A stretch of 64,000 bases of DNA, from the NCBI GenBank assembly GCA_964016885.1, contig OZ024740.1, positions 227,044,001 through 227,108,000 on the forward strand, written 5' to 3'. This stretch comes from Eledone cirrhosa (taxonomy: Eukaryota). The translations under genes were made by a program, and so were the position numbers. The first letter of the stretch is position 1; each line of letters begins with the position of its first letter. The notes below the pieces were generated by a model. That model worked only from the letters and a program-made list of their open reading frames with translations, searched no databases and was not told the DNA's origin. Shown here piece after piece: positions 14,922 to 28,830 of this stretch.

Positions 14922-15243
14922 ATATATATTTATCCTTATCGAGCCCTCTTTGGATTTTAGTCTTCAAATTTATTATTATTACTATATATATATATATATA
15001 TATATATTATGCAAAAGGCAAACAGAAATAGCAAAGCAAATGACAGTACAATGAAATGAAGAAATATATTATTAGTTTTATGCTTGATATAGTATATTCA
15101 TGTATATATATATATATAAATATATACATATATGGATATCGATATAGATAGAGATAGAGATATATAGATAGATAAATGGATAGTCAGATAAGAGACAAAA
15201 AAACGAGGAACTTCCGTTTACATATAAAAGATATTTATTCTGT

Positions 15244-15336
15244 ATTGACCTGCTATGCATGTTTCACAGAGCATTGGCTCAAGGTAACCCATAGCAGTTA
15301 TGGACCTGTCTCCCCTATTGATCTGCTCCTCAGACT
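15244..15336 (-). ncRNA. Degenerate type I hammerhead with long stem II insertion
   Basis: CTGAGGA gcaga...tctgt GAAAC atgc-ata-gcag GTC; stem I imperfect (agt/aat). Confidence 0.45.
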
Positions 15337-15364
15337 GGTGATAGATAGTCAGTTAGATAGATAT

Positions 15365-16309
15365 CTTTCTTTATTTGCCACAGGGGCGTACAAAAATGGG
15401 ACATTACAAGACGTGACGGCAGGGGTTTTACATAAAAATAACTTTAACATTAATAAATAACAATAAACTATATATAATAAAATAAGAATTGAAATCCCCA
15501 ATAGGGGGGGGGGTGTTACTGCAGGGTTGTTTTACACCCTGTGGATAGAACAACCCTCAACACCAGGAACACTCTTTGTAGGTGTTCCTGTCTTCCCTCT
15601 GTTTATCTTCCTCAACCTACAGGTTTATATACAGAAAAGGCCCATTCACTCGGGCTATTTTCGCCACATTCACCCACCTTTCAGCGAATTTACTGGGGTG
15701 TAGCTCCTCTCTCTACACTCTCACCTTTCTTCTGAAGTGATACTTAAAGAAGGGGATAAGTTGTTGTCCGGAGAGAAAGGTGCTTGCTCTCAGTCCTTTT
15801 AACCTTGTCCACCATATTACCTCTTTCGCCATAGCCACCAGACAGAGGAAAACCGCCTCTCCTTCGTTCTTAAATGAAGGCGGCGGGGTGATCCTCACGA
15901 TGAACTCGGCTGACAACTGGATGCGTCCCACACGTGGCAGCAGCTGTTCGACATAATTCCACAGGTCGGTCACCCCTGGACACTGAATAATTGCGTGCAG
16001 AACGGTTTCAATGTCCTGCTCGCATCTTGGACAGGTCCTTTTGGCAGGATCTCTACCAGGGCGTCCATGCCTGTGGATTTTGTTTCGAACTAGTAGAGCT
16101 CCTCGGTAGCACTGCCAGGCCAGAGACCCCTGGAAGTTATCCATAGGCCCTGGACGGAAAGTCCTCCCGAACAGACTGCTCAGTTCGTCCTCCTCAATGC
16201 CTAGAGTTTCCCCGAGAACGTCATCGCACTTATCCTCCACTAATCCCTTATAGAATGTCGAAGTGAAGTCTCCGCTGATTGCCGTTTCCGCTTGGTAGAG
16301 GGCTGTGAG
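15365..16309 (-). mobile_element. 5'-truncated Tx1/L1-clade LINE (ORF2 C-terminus with CCHC zinc finger, 3' UTR)
   Basis: ORF 15713-16342 (SLAWQCYRGAL, CPRCEQDIETVLHAIIQC) is homologous to 42087-42770; AATAAA then GATA-type repeats. Confidence 0.9.
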
Positions 16310-16639
16310 TTTATATTTACTTGTGTTTAGAATTTGATTCAAAATTGTATGACTAAAAATTCCTCAGGAGTGGAAAGATGCACTCCTGGTTCTTCAAATG
16401 TGTTATTCTAAATGAGAAGGTTTTGCCAGATTCTAAATAAGGCTGATTCACCTTGAATGTTGAGAAAGGGTCTTTCTTATTGGTTAATCTATATCATTTA
16501 GTAGGATTGGTGGCTACAGACTGCCATTAAGGACTGTTACTGACTACTACTGAATAAATTGATGGTTGCTGACTGCTATTAAACAAAAGCTTTGGTACAA
16601 TGTACAGCAGTACCTTTCCACCTACACATATGGAATTCT

Positions 16640-16766
16640 ATTATTGAGTTCAAATCCTGCTGATGTTAACTTTGCCTTTCATCCCTACGGGGTCGATAAA
16701 ATAAAGTATTAGTAATGCACTGGGATAATTGCTGGCCTTGTGCCAAAAATAGAAACAATTATTATT
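16640..16766 (+). mobile_element. SINE family B fragment
   Basis: gagttcaaatcc B box, ctttgcctttcatccctacggggtcgataaaataaagta, ggccttgtgccaaaa tail. Confidence 0.75.
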
Positions 16767-17734
16767 AGAAGTTTGAGTATTGTATATGAAAGAAGGTTAC
16801 AATAAAGATAAAAATATATTTTTGTTAGAGATATGATCACAAAGTGCTTAAAAGTATTTCTTTTATAAAACATTGTTCAAGTGTTCAAGTTTACCTTACA
16901 GTGTCCACAACATGAATTTAATAAAAAAAAATAATGTAATATACTTTAAGCGAAACAACTGGGAACTGATGCGGTCAATTGGTGCAAAAATGTTCATGCA
17001 TGCACAGGAATAGTGATGTCACTTCCCATCCAAATGATTTTGCTCACACAGCATTAGTTTTGGCTGGAAGAAATAAACCCAGATACTTTTTAATGTATTT
17101 GTGCCTTAAATCATACGATGATATTTTTACATTAAATATCAGAAGACAATTCATAGATATGTAAATGAACACCTTTTTTTCTATATGTTTCTTCTATATA
17201 GTTGGCCAATGCTTTTGACTATAAAGGCTTTATATGTAGAGCAAAAAACACCACCTACTAACTATATCTTTCTACAGCATCCTGCAACTTCAGGTTTTCC
17301 TTACATCATCATCATTATAATCATCATCACCATTTAACATCGGTTTTCCACATTAGCATGGGTTACACAAGCTGTCCGATTTGAGACAACTCAAGTCAGG
17401 TGACTGTGGCCTGCTCATACTGAAACTATTTCTAGCTTGGTTTCTACAGTTGGATGCCCTTCATATATTCACAATATCTTTTCATCAAGCCAATGAGGAA
17501 GCTGCTATGCAATCACTCCATCTGCCAGAAATAGCAGCTAAATTCCTTTCAATTTATACCCTCCTACTTTTTTTAAGGGGGACACATTAGATAATGTAAC
17601 TCCAAGGTACACTGTCTGAATAGATGATAAGATGGTCATGACTGGAATGTCTTTGATCAAAGGTCTGTCTGCTTGATCAAGGATATTTTGGAGCTAAACA
17701 ATAACAGTAGTATCTATACCTTTATTGTACCTTC

Positions 17735-18300
17735 TTCTCTTTCCACTTATTCCTGGGAGGGTCATGGGGAAAGAGTCCTCAAACACTCCTTCTAGCAGGT
17801 CCTGTCAGAAGCAACCATCCACATCTGATCCAGCTGGATCTCCAAGCGAGATCAGCCAAGCTCATGGATGTTATTCAACTATCTTGCCCTGGATCTCCCG
17901 CTGGTTGGTTTTGCCCATAAAATCTGTCAAGCAATTCTCTCCTGAGACATTCTAACTCCATCTCCATAATATTGGAATTGTGGTCTCTCATTTCAGAGAA
18001 GTAGCGACTCTACCTGAAGAGCTTCTTTGATCTCTGAGCTATGTAATCTATTGAGTAACACTACTCGAAAGACCCTTCGTAGGAACCCCATTTTGGCTGT
18101 TTGTATTCGTGATTGTATTCTTTTGGTCATTACCCAAGATTCTTGACCATAGGTAAGGGTTGTCATGAATACCAAATTGAAGATGGCAAGTTTGGCTTTT
18201 ACACCTACCTACCTTCTGATTACCAAATGCTGAAGCTGGTGCATCTCTGTGCATTACTATTTGAGAAAATGTACATGACATTCTCATCCTGACATTTTCA
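17735..18300 (-). mobile_element. Degenerate RTE (Expander-like) LINE 3' fragment
   Basis: TLTYGQESWVMTKRIQSRIQTAKMGFLRRV; 3' end ccacttattcctgggagg shared with 60120. Confidence 0.75.
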
Positions 18301-18846
18301 TTCAGTTATTCACATTCTGCTATTCTCATTCTGATATCTATTCTGTAGTCAGGTATGATGAGTGCTGCCTTAATATAGTATATTGCCCAGGGCAGGGTGA
18401 AGCACAACATAATATGCCAGTGATCAGAAATAATCCCTTGACACTTCCCTACCACACAATCATTGCAGTACTACACAATGCTTACACACAAACACACACA
18501 CACACACATATATATATATACATGCACACACACACCCACATACATACCTATATATGCACATACACACATAAACACACTCTCTCTCATACACGCATGTACA
18601 CGCACACACACATACGCATATATATATGTACACACACACACACACCCATATAAATGCACATACACACATACACACACATAGATGCACACATATATGCACA
18701 CACACTCATATATATGGACATACACCCATACACACTCACACACACAAGCAATAATCAGGAAAATCAGTGCTGATTAAATAAACAACAATCCAATGATGCT
18801 TTCATCTTTTTCCCCCAGTCTCCTTAACAACAACAGCAACAACAAC

Positions 18847-18878
<32 letters not shown>

Positions 18879-19289
18879 TAACAACAATAACAACAGCAAT
18901 GACAGAAGCGGCTGCTGCAACAACAACAACAACAACAACAACAAAAGCAGCAGCAACAGCAACAACAACAACAGCAACAAACGCAACAGCAACTGCAACA
19001 ACAAAAACAACCACATCAAAAACAACCACATCAACAACAACCACATCAACAACAACCACAACAACTACAACAACAATAATAATTTAATTTTCCAGCCACA
19101 ATTAGGAATGGCATTGTCTCCAATACCAGAAAGAAGAGGAAAAGACCAAAGAGCTGTATAGATCAAATAAATTTAAGGAGAATTGAATACCCTCCTATTC
19201 CATAATGGTTGTTGGTGAGATTTTTGACAAGGAATGAAACCTTCCATTTTACCATTTATACATCACTAAACCAAGATGGAAATCTTGCC

Positions 19290-19520
19290 ACACTGGATGG
19301 AGGAATACTAAATGATGTTTATCATTTACTATATTTGGTCAGCTGGATGAGTTCATCAAAAAAGGACATTGACATTAGAATTTCCTAAGAAGTCTGGGCT
19401 GCAATGAATGAAACGGAAAGAATATGGAAATCAGGTCTTCCCAGAAAAACCAAAATATCATTCTTCAGAACATCTGATGAGTCAGTGATGTTGTATGGAT
19501 CAGGTACATGGACCCTGATA
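19290..19520 (+). mobile_element. Degenerate RTE-like LINE ORF fragment
   Basis: Manual translation: RIWKSGLPRKTKISFFRTSDESVMLYGSGTWTL. Confidence 0.7.
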
Positions 19521-19692
19521 CAAGTACTTGGGTTATTGTTGTTGTGAACACCCCTTTCGGATTAAAGAAATGGACTCAATGGACTCAATGGACTATTATA
19601 AATAAGCAATATTGTCTCATTGTCAACAGTTTGGTTTGAGTCTTGTTTGAAAGTCTCACGTTTTGTAGTCAGAAGCTACACCTGAGATAAAA

Positions 19693-20045
19693 TTGTTAGT
19701 ACCCCAACATCGTAGAAAATATGGTGTATCTCTTGAAATGATAGGTGTCTCCATTGAATTGGTGTGCCCTGAGTGTGGAAAGATTTGCTTGAGCAAATCT
19801 GCTCTCAGGAACCAGAGTCGCAGCCATGTTCAGAGAGAACCACAGACTTCTGATCTCCACTGTACTGTGAAGGTTCACAGGCAGCCTCATGCAAGACCTC
19901 AGACCAGGGCGATCCATAGTTGTCATCAATGTGTGAAGGAGTGCAAGTCTCTAGCAGGCTTGAAAAGCCATATCCGAGCATGACACATGTGGATCTAAAA
20001 AGTGATTGCAAAACTCTTAGCATGAGTTTGCAGCCATCATATATG
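19693..20045 (+). mobile_element. RTE/BovB-like LINE 3' end with degenerate C2H2 fingers
   Basis: CPECGKICLSK..., CHQCVKECKSLAGLKSH; 3' end gcagccatcatat resembles the 27657 element. Confidence 0.65.
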
Positions 20046-20586
20046 TATAACAAATGAACTATTCTTGTATTCAACAAAGAGTGTTCTAGTTATTCAGTCA
20101 ATGGAATTGCTACTCCTTAAAATAAAATATAAATGGCTGAATATTCCACAAATACGTGTATCTTTAACATAATTCTCAGAAAGATTGTGTGACAAAATAT
20201 GTGACAAGGCTGCTTCTTATTAATTATGAGTGCAGTCAACCAGTCAGTCTTCCAAACAGTTTCTATCTACTCAATTTAATCACAGGGCTAGAGTAAAGAC
20301 TCTTGCTCAAGATTCTATGCAGTGTGATCAAACCAGGAACCTCATGATTATGGGCTAAACTTTTTAACCATTCAGCCAATACATATTCTGAAATGTTTGT
20401 TCACATAGAGTAAAGCTGGAACAATTGCCCTCTTCAAAATCTGGATATATTCCCAACTATTGTTATAGACACAATTGTAGACCAACATACACACATATTT
20501 ATATCTACATATACTCATACATGCACTCAATTATGGAAATTATATCTACCTCTGTAATCTCCTATGTAATCTTTCTCTCTCTATAT

Positions 20587-20639
<53 letters not shown>

Positions 20640-21078
20640 ATGTGTGTGTGCGTGTGCATATTTCAGCTTCATTCTCTAATGTATATACACATGAATATAT
20701 ATTTTAAACATGCCTGCATCAAAATCTGGATATCTTCCCAAGAATTGATAGATTCCAACACACACAAACACACACACACTTTCACACACATACACACAAA
20801 CAAAGACACACACATACATCTATACACATATATACATGTGTATACACATACATCTATACACATATATATATTGTGTGCACACATAAACAGTGGAAAAAGT
20901 TACCTTTATAGAAAACATGAATGTCCTGTAAAGATTGTTTGTGCCACTAACCATCCATCTGCACACATACATATTCACATACACAAATACTTATATATAT
21001 ATATACACATTACCTATATATATATATATATATATAAATGTACGTCTGTATACATATATGTATGTACGTATACATACT

Positions 21079-21165
<87 letters not shown>

Positions 21166-21170
21166 CTATA

Positions 21171-21217
<47 letters not shown>

Positions 21218-21224
21218 CTATACC

Positions 21225-21270
<46 letters not shown>

Positions 21271-21371
21271 CATATATATATACACACATATACATGCACT
21301 TATATATTTAAACGCACTGATATACCTATATATATGTATATTCATATTTATATATATATATACACACACAC

Positions 21372-21403
<32 letters not shown>

Positions 21404-21729
21404 ACATACATTTCTATATTTAAATGCACTTATATACCTATATATATGTATATCTATCTATACACATATATATATATGAGTGTGTGTGTGTATATATATA
21501 TATATGGAAACACAACAAATGCTCTCATTATAGTATGTGTATCAAGACATGCAACAGAAGTACATACACACAAATAAACAGATACTAATACACAAACACA
21601 CACACACACACACACATATGCAACAAATAAGCATATACACTCTCGAATAGACACTCTCTCTCACATACATACATACATACATACATACATACATACAAAT
21701 GAGCATACACACACACACACACACATATA

Positions 21730-21766
21730 TTTACTTCTATGCAGAGACACAAACACACATTCATAT

Positions 21767-21827
<61 letters not shown>

Positions 21828-21867
21828 TCATCATCATCTTCGTTTAACGTCCATCTTCCACACTAGC

Positions 21868-21907
<40 letters not shown>

Positions 21908-22140
21908 TTCTACACACAGACACAAAAACACATTCATATATATTTATATATATATATATATATATATCATCATCATCATCATCTTCGTTTAACGTCCATC
22001 TTCCATGCTAGCATATATATATATATATATGTATATATATACTTCTACACACAGACACAAACACACATTCATATATATACATATATATATATCATCATCA
22101 TCATCATCATCTTCGTTTAACGTCCATCTTCCACGCTACC

Positions 22141-22180
<40 letters not shown>

Positions 22181-22215
22181 TTCTACACACAGACACAAAC
22201 ACACATTCATATATA
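21730..22215. repeat. Tandem triplication of a ~130-170-bp unit containing (TA)n and a short RTE tail
   Basis: catcatcttcgtttaacgtccatcttcca occurs three times, alternating with acttctacacacagacacaaa. Confidence 0.85.
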
Positions 22216-22411
22216 TATATATATATATATATATACAACACACACACATTCTCTGAACTGTTAATAGTTGTCCTCTCCAGAGGAACTGGACATCTTCCAA
22301 AGACTTAATGAGGCAACTCCCTGAAACCAGTGTAGAAGACACTGTCTATAGACCACAGCTACACACACACACATACAGACACCCACACACCCACATACAC
22401 ACACACACATG

Positions 22412-22492
<81 letters not shown>

Positions 22493-22567
22493 GTGTATAT
22501 ATATCTATCTATATATATGTATATATATATATGTATATATGTGTATATATATATATATGTATAAATG

Positions 22568-22602
<35 letters not shown>

Positions 22603-22605
22603 GTA

Positions 22606-22703
<98 letters not shown>

Positions 22704-22750
22704 TATATATGTGTATATATATATATATATGTATATATGTGTATATATAT

Positions 22751-22824
<74 letters not shown>

Positions 22825-22937
22825 ATGTGTGGGTGTGTTTGTGTATGATCATCACCGTAATTATCATTTTCACCATCCTTGTTATCAATATATCTGTCTA
22901 GCTACACGTCTTTTAAGCATGTGTCTGTCTGTCTATC

Positions 22938-22980
<43 letters not shown>

Positions 22981-23585
22981 TGTGTGTATATATATATATA
23001 TATATAGTGTGTATATATGTATATATGTATATATATATATCCAGTTTCTTAGTCATAATACTTATCTTTCTTTTGTTTTCATCACTTGCATCATTTTGTT
23101 CTTTTTGTTATTTTATTATCATTTTTTTCTTCTCAAAACACTGTCCAGCATTATTTTCCTAATTGCTACATAGACTCATACACACTCACACTTGCATACA
23201 CACACACACACAATTACAGACAGACACACATGCTGACATAAACACATGTACACACACACGCCTACACACACGCAATCACACTCACATACACACCTACACA
23301 CACACATATAGACACACACAATCACACTCACACACATCATACATTGACACAAACACATACTCACTTACATACACATTGACACAGACACATGAACACATAC
23401 ACACATACCCCCCCCCCACACACACACACACATACATACTCTCACACACACACACACTCACATACATTCACACTCACATACACACACATACACACAAAAA
23501 ATACTTCCTAATGATGCATATATATGTGTGTGTGATATGATTGTGTATATGTACATATAAATATATGTATGTCACAATGTACACA

Positions 23586-23656
<71 letters not shown>

Positions 23657-23658
<2 letters not shown>

Positions 23659-24025
23659 TGTTATACTGTGGGAGGGTGATGCTGCCATTGAAAATACATG
23701 CGCCTGTGTATTTTCACTTTGTTCTGTCCTACACCAAAAAACAAGATGGCATAGGACTGAACACAGAAGAGGCACAAATTAAAAACCCAGTCACTGAGGA
23801 GGTCACAGAATGTGTGACGAAAGAGCTTTGACAATATATAAACAACCATCTGGTTATCAAACTACCCAACCAACCAACTGGAAATTTATTTATAATAAAT
23901 TGAAGTGAAAACCAACAGGTGCATGTGTTTTTATTGGCAGCATGACCCTCCCAAAGTATAACAATATCTGTTTCAACACACGTTTTCAGATAAGAAAGCT
24001 TGCAAAACAACTTCAAAAACGAAGT
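23657..24025 (+). mobile_element. PLE-like insert with diverged ~63-bp inverted repeat and hammerhead
   Basis: Arms ~23657-23719 and ~23903-23965; related fragment at 56136-56180; TA flanks. Confidence 0.7.
23790..23832 (+). ncRNA. Minimal type I hammerhead ribozyme
   Basis: gtca CTGAGGA g gtcaca-gaatg-tgtgac GAAA gagc T T tgac. Confidence 0.8.
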
Positions 24026-24101
24026 ATATATATATATATATACATATGTCCCAAGGCTCTGATACCATTAACACAGAGCTGGCATATCTAAGAACTGACT
24101 A

Positions 24102-24157
24102 ACTGCCTGATGAGGTCATAGCCATTCAATGGCTATCATCAAAATATATATAGCAGT
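24102..24157 (+). ncRNA. Minimal type I hammerhead, G12A (probably inactive)
   Basis: actgc CTGATGA ggtc atagcca-ttcaa-tggctat catc AAAA tatata T A gcagt. Confidence 0.7.
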
Positions 24158-24198
24158 AAATAAAGGATTATGAGTTCATGCAATTGACTTATGTTTCG

Positions 24199-24247
<49 letters not shown>

Positions 24248-24409
24248 TTATTAAATTGTTCTACAGTTCTTATATATTTGATATATATTTATCCCTATCG
24301 AGCCCTCTTTAGATTTTAGTCCTCAAATTTATTATTATTACTATATATATTTATATATATTTATATTTACATTGATATATATTTATATATATTTATATTT
24401 ATATATATA

Positions 24410-24914
<505 letters not shown>

Positions 24915-25041
24915 GATAGATTGAATAAATTGATCAATAGATATAAATATATAAATACACACACACACACGCAGATTCGGGTGAGTATACATATACACAT
25001 ATATATATATACTCACACATACATATGCACACACACATACA

Positions 25042-25086
<45 letters not shown>

Positions 25087-25089
25087 ATG

Positions 25090-25183
<94 letters not shown>

Positions 25184-25699
25184 CACTTTGGCATACATAC
25201 ATACACAGATGTACACATGAATGCAGATCAGACTTAACAACTCTTTAGCACGAAAGGGAAGCCGTGCGTCCATAGAACCATGAAGCAACAAAGGTCCAAG
25301 CTGCTTCCCCTCCCTCCCTATTCATACACATAAACTCACATGCACACGTGCAGTCATATACATGCATACAAACACATACACACATGCAGTAACACACATA
25401 TACAAGCATATCCACATACATGCGCACATAGTCACATATACATATACAAACATATGCAAACATGCTGTAACACACATATAGACGTATACATGCACATGCA
25501 CTCCCACATATTTTTATACGTACACACACATACATACTGCACTCATACATATAGACACGTGCACAGATGCAGTCACACACGCATATACATACACATACAT
25601 GCACGTATACACACACATACATGCAGCCATGCACACACACTTATACATGTATACATATACACAATCTTCTGCATAGGAAAGAGAAAGTAAAAGAGAGGT

Positions 25700-25752
<53 letters not shown>

Positions 25753-25869
25753 GTGTGTGTGTGTGCGTGCGTGTGTGTGTGTGTGTGTGCGTGTCTGTGT
25801 ATGTGTGTGTGTGTGTGTGTGTGTATATAGATATATATACATATATGTATTAATATATCTATATATGCG

Positions 25870-25952
<83 letters not shown>

Positions 25953-26232
25953 ATGTATATATATATATATATATATATCAATTCTATTGAAAACATTCAT
26001 ACAGAATTATTGTCTGCAAAGTTGCTTTGCTGTTTTACCATGGCAACCAGCTTGTACTCTTCCCCACTACCACCATTACCACCACAACCCCTACACCACT
26101 ACCAACACCAACACTACCTCCTCACCAACACTACCACCACTACCATCAACAACAACAACAACACTTCTATCTTTAGATCAGCTAAGATTAGAACCCTGCC
26201 CTAATACCAATTTACAGGTAGGTATCATAAAC

Positions 26233-26392
26233 ACAGACGTGGCTATATAGTTAAAGGGTTTTCTTTGCAACCACATAGTTTGGGGTTCAGTCCTATAGTG
26301 GGAAGCTTGGGCAAGTGCCTTCTACTATAATTTCAGATTGATCAATGCATTGTGAGTGAACTTTGGAAGACAGACGCTGTCCTGAAGTCTTT
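26233..26392 (+). mobile_element. Degenerate tRNA-derived SINE (CORE-like)
   Basis: gtggctatatagttaa A-box-like, ggttcagtcc B-box-like, cttgggcaagtgccttctactata core. Confidence 0.65.
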
Positions 26393-26707
26393 CAATATTG
26401 TATGAGTTCATTCTGAAGTAAAAGATATATTTCTTGCATCATTGAGTGTATAGGGAGTAAATCAAATATTTTGACATGTTGCCTCTTTGCAAAAGATGCA
26501 ACTTCAATAAACTACTTTATTTATATATCATCATCAGCATCATCATCATTTATGTCTGCTGTTTGTTGCTTACATGCATTGGAAAGGTAATTTTCAGTAC
26601 AGTACTTTTCCACTTGTCATGTTCCTATGTCATCTCTTCAGTGTTTGAACAATTTGAGATCAACTCTCACCATTGTCTTGCTCTACTGTAGCTCCCTCCA
26701 CTGCAAT

Positions 26708-26777
<70 letters not shown>

Positions 26778-26859
26778 GGAGGTGAGTTTTATTGTACAAT
26801 AAAGCAATGCAGATATCGGATAAGAAGAACTCTACAGTTTGTAGGACTGGAGTATACAT

Positions 26860-26960
26860 AATATATAAGATCAAAAGATGGTTAAAAGAGTTCCATGTAT
26901 TTTTTGAAATGCGCATAATAAAATACATGGAACTCTTTTAACCATCTTTTGATCTTATAT

Positions 26961-26963
<3 letters not shown>
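26860..26963. repeat. Perfect 44-bp fold-back hairpin in a TA-flanked insert
   Basis: 26860-26903 is the reverse complement of 26920-26963; loop contains GAAATGCGCATA (HHR right half). Confidence 0.9.
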
Positions 26964-27004
<41 letters not shown>

Positions 27005-27043
27005 AGATGTGAGAAAGACCACAGACCCTCCATCTCAACTCTA

Positions 27044-27079
27044 CTTTTGAAAAGCAGAAGAACTGCGAAACCGGTAAAG
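27044..27079 (+). ncRNA. Minimal hammerhead, U3-A8 variant (second copy)
   Basis: Identical to 3110-3145 within a ~130-bp shared repeat. Confidence 0.65.
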
Positions 27080-27147
27080 GAACCAAATAAATATATATTT
27101 TTTTTTGAAATAAGACTCCAGTTGCATTTTCGATTTCATCTATTTTT

Positions 27148-27226
<79 letters not shown>

Positions 27227-27232
27227 CATACA

Positions 27233-27300
<68 letters not shown>

Positions 27301-27306
27301 CATACA

Positions 27307-27357
<51 letters not shown>

Positions 27358-27409
27358 AACAAGGGGAGAGGAATACTGCGTGGTTGCACATGGATTACAT
27401 ATAAAATTA

Positions 27410-27512
27410 GTCCCTCATCAGTGATTTGCCAACCATCATTGGTATTTCATCGCATTAAAAATCAGATACCTCAGGTTGGTGCGAGCAATAACTAAAATAA
27501 GCTATTGGGACA
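27410..27512 (-). ncRNA. Candidate non-circularly permuted hammerhead (copy 2)
   Basis: Minus: gtcc caatagc..gttattg c tcgca ccaacCTGA ggtAT-C tgattt ttaa tgcga t GAAA tacc aATGATGgttgg c aaatca CTGATGA g ggac. Confidence 0.75.
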
Positions 27513-27656
27513 AGTGAACGCGTAAAGCGAGTGAGACAAGTAAACAACAGAAGGAAAAGCAAACCGAAGGTTGATATATTATGGAATACTGTTAGCTTCT
27601 CGCTACAACAATTTCTATACTTTTCATTTATATCTATATATATATATATATATATA

Positions 27657-28112
27657 TATGGTGGCTGCCAACTCGTTTTCGAGTACGGCCACTACTTTAT
27701 ATCCATGTAGGAGAACCCCTACCGATGCGCTGAACGAGTGTGACTTTTTAGTCCAGCCAGCGACTTGAAAACTCTGGTACAAACACTACACTTGTGACAA
27801 TTATTGACTCATAGTGGGCCCATGGTACCATGTGACAACAAGTACAGAGAGATCTCCAGATATAAAGCAATGCCTGTGCTGTGAAGCTTTTATAGTGAGC
27901 AAAGGCACTGCACAAAGCCAGTCCCACTCTCTTAACCAAGATGATATTTACCAAAAAGAAGAACAAGTCAACATCATTGGATACCATCAGGGTTGCAGGT
28001 GTTATATCAGAGTTTTCCTTCTCCTAGAATTCTGCCTTGACAAAGGCTAAGGGGTCATCTCTCCCGGTGATTTTGGATGGCCATTGACTCTTAAGAGCTC
28101 CTTTGCTCTTTG
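27657..28112 (-). mobile_element. Internally deleted (bipartite) RTE/BovB-like non-autonomous element
   Basis: RTE 5'-UTR-like ctaggagaaggaaaactctga joined within ~300 bp to a C2H2 finger (CSVCTRVFKSLAGLKSHTRSAH*) and a 3' hairpin. Confidence 0.6.
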
Positions 28113-28116
28113 ACAC

Positions 28117-28147
<31 letters not shown>

Positions 28148-28382
28148 TATATATATATACACACACATATACATATACACACACATACATATATATACAT
28201 ATATACACATACACATATATATATATATACACACACATATATATCCACACACACACACATATATATATACACACATATACATATACACACATATATATAT
28301 ATATACATATACATATACACACATATATATATATACACACACACACATATATATATACATATATATATATACACACACACAC

Positions 28383-28433
<51 letters not shown>

Positions 28434-28690
28434 CATGCATATATATAGAGAGAGATATATATATAGTTTACAAAACAAATTAGAGAGAATTGGTGAGGCT
28501 TTGGCTGGCTCTTACTTAATAATAGAATACAAACCCTTTAGTATATTATATATACCCAGAAGGATCGTTAGTTTCTTTGCTCTAGGCTGTGAACAATAAT
28601 TCCACTATTCACAGTAGTTAGGTAATATCAACAAACATTACGTAATTTGGCAGGGATGCATTTCTTCAGCAGTTAGTCGACTTCAATATA

Positions 28691-28741
<51 letters not shown>

Positions 28742-28742
<1 letters not shown>

Positions 28743-28830
28743 TTTCATTTATTAGCCACAAGGGCCGACATGTAGGGGACAATACAAAGACAGGGACAGT
28801 GGGGGTTTACAATAAGGTCGAGTAAAAGTG
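28742..28830 (-). mobile_element. Very short Tx1-like 3' end next to (AAT)n
   Basis: tttattagccacaaggg matches the 3' termini at 41845 and 36269. Confidence 0.6.

Noticed and set aside
22292-22352. Hammerhead-like TTAATGA..GAAAC with cagtgt/acactg hairpin
   Set aside because: Core doubly mutated and stem I register incompatible; at best a decayed remnant
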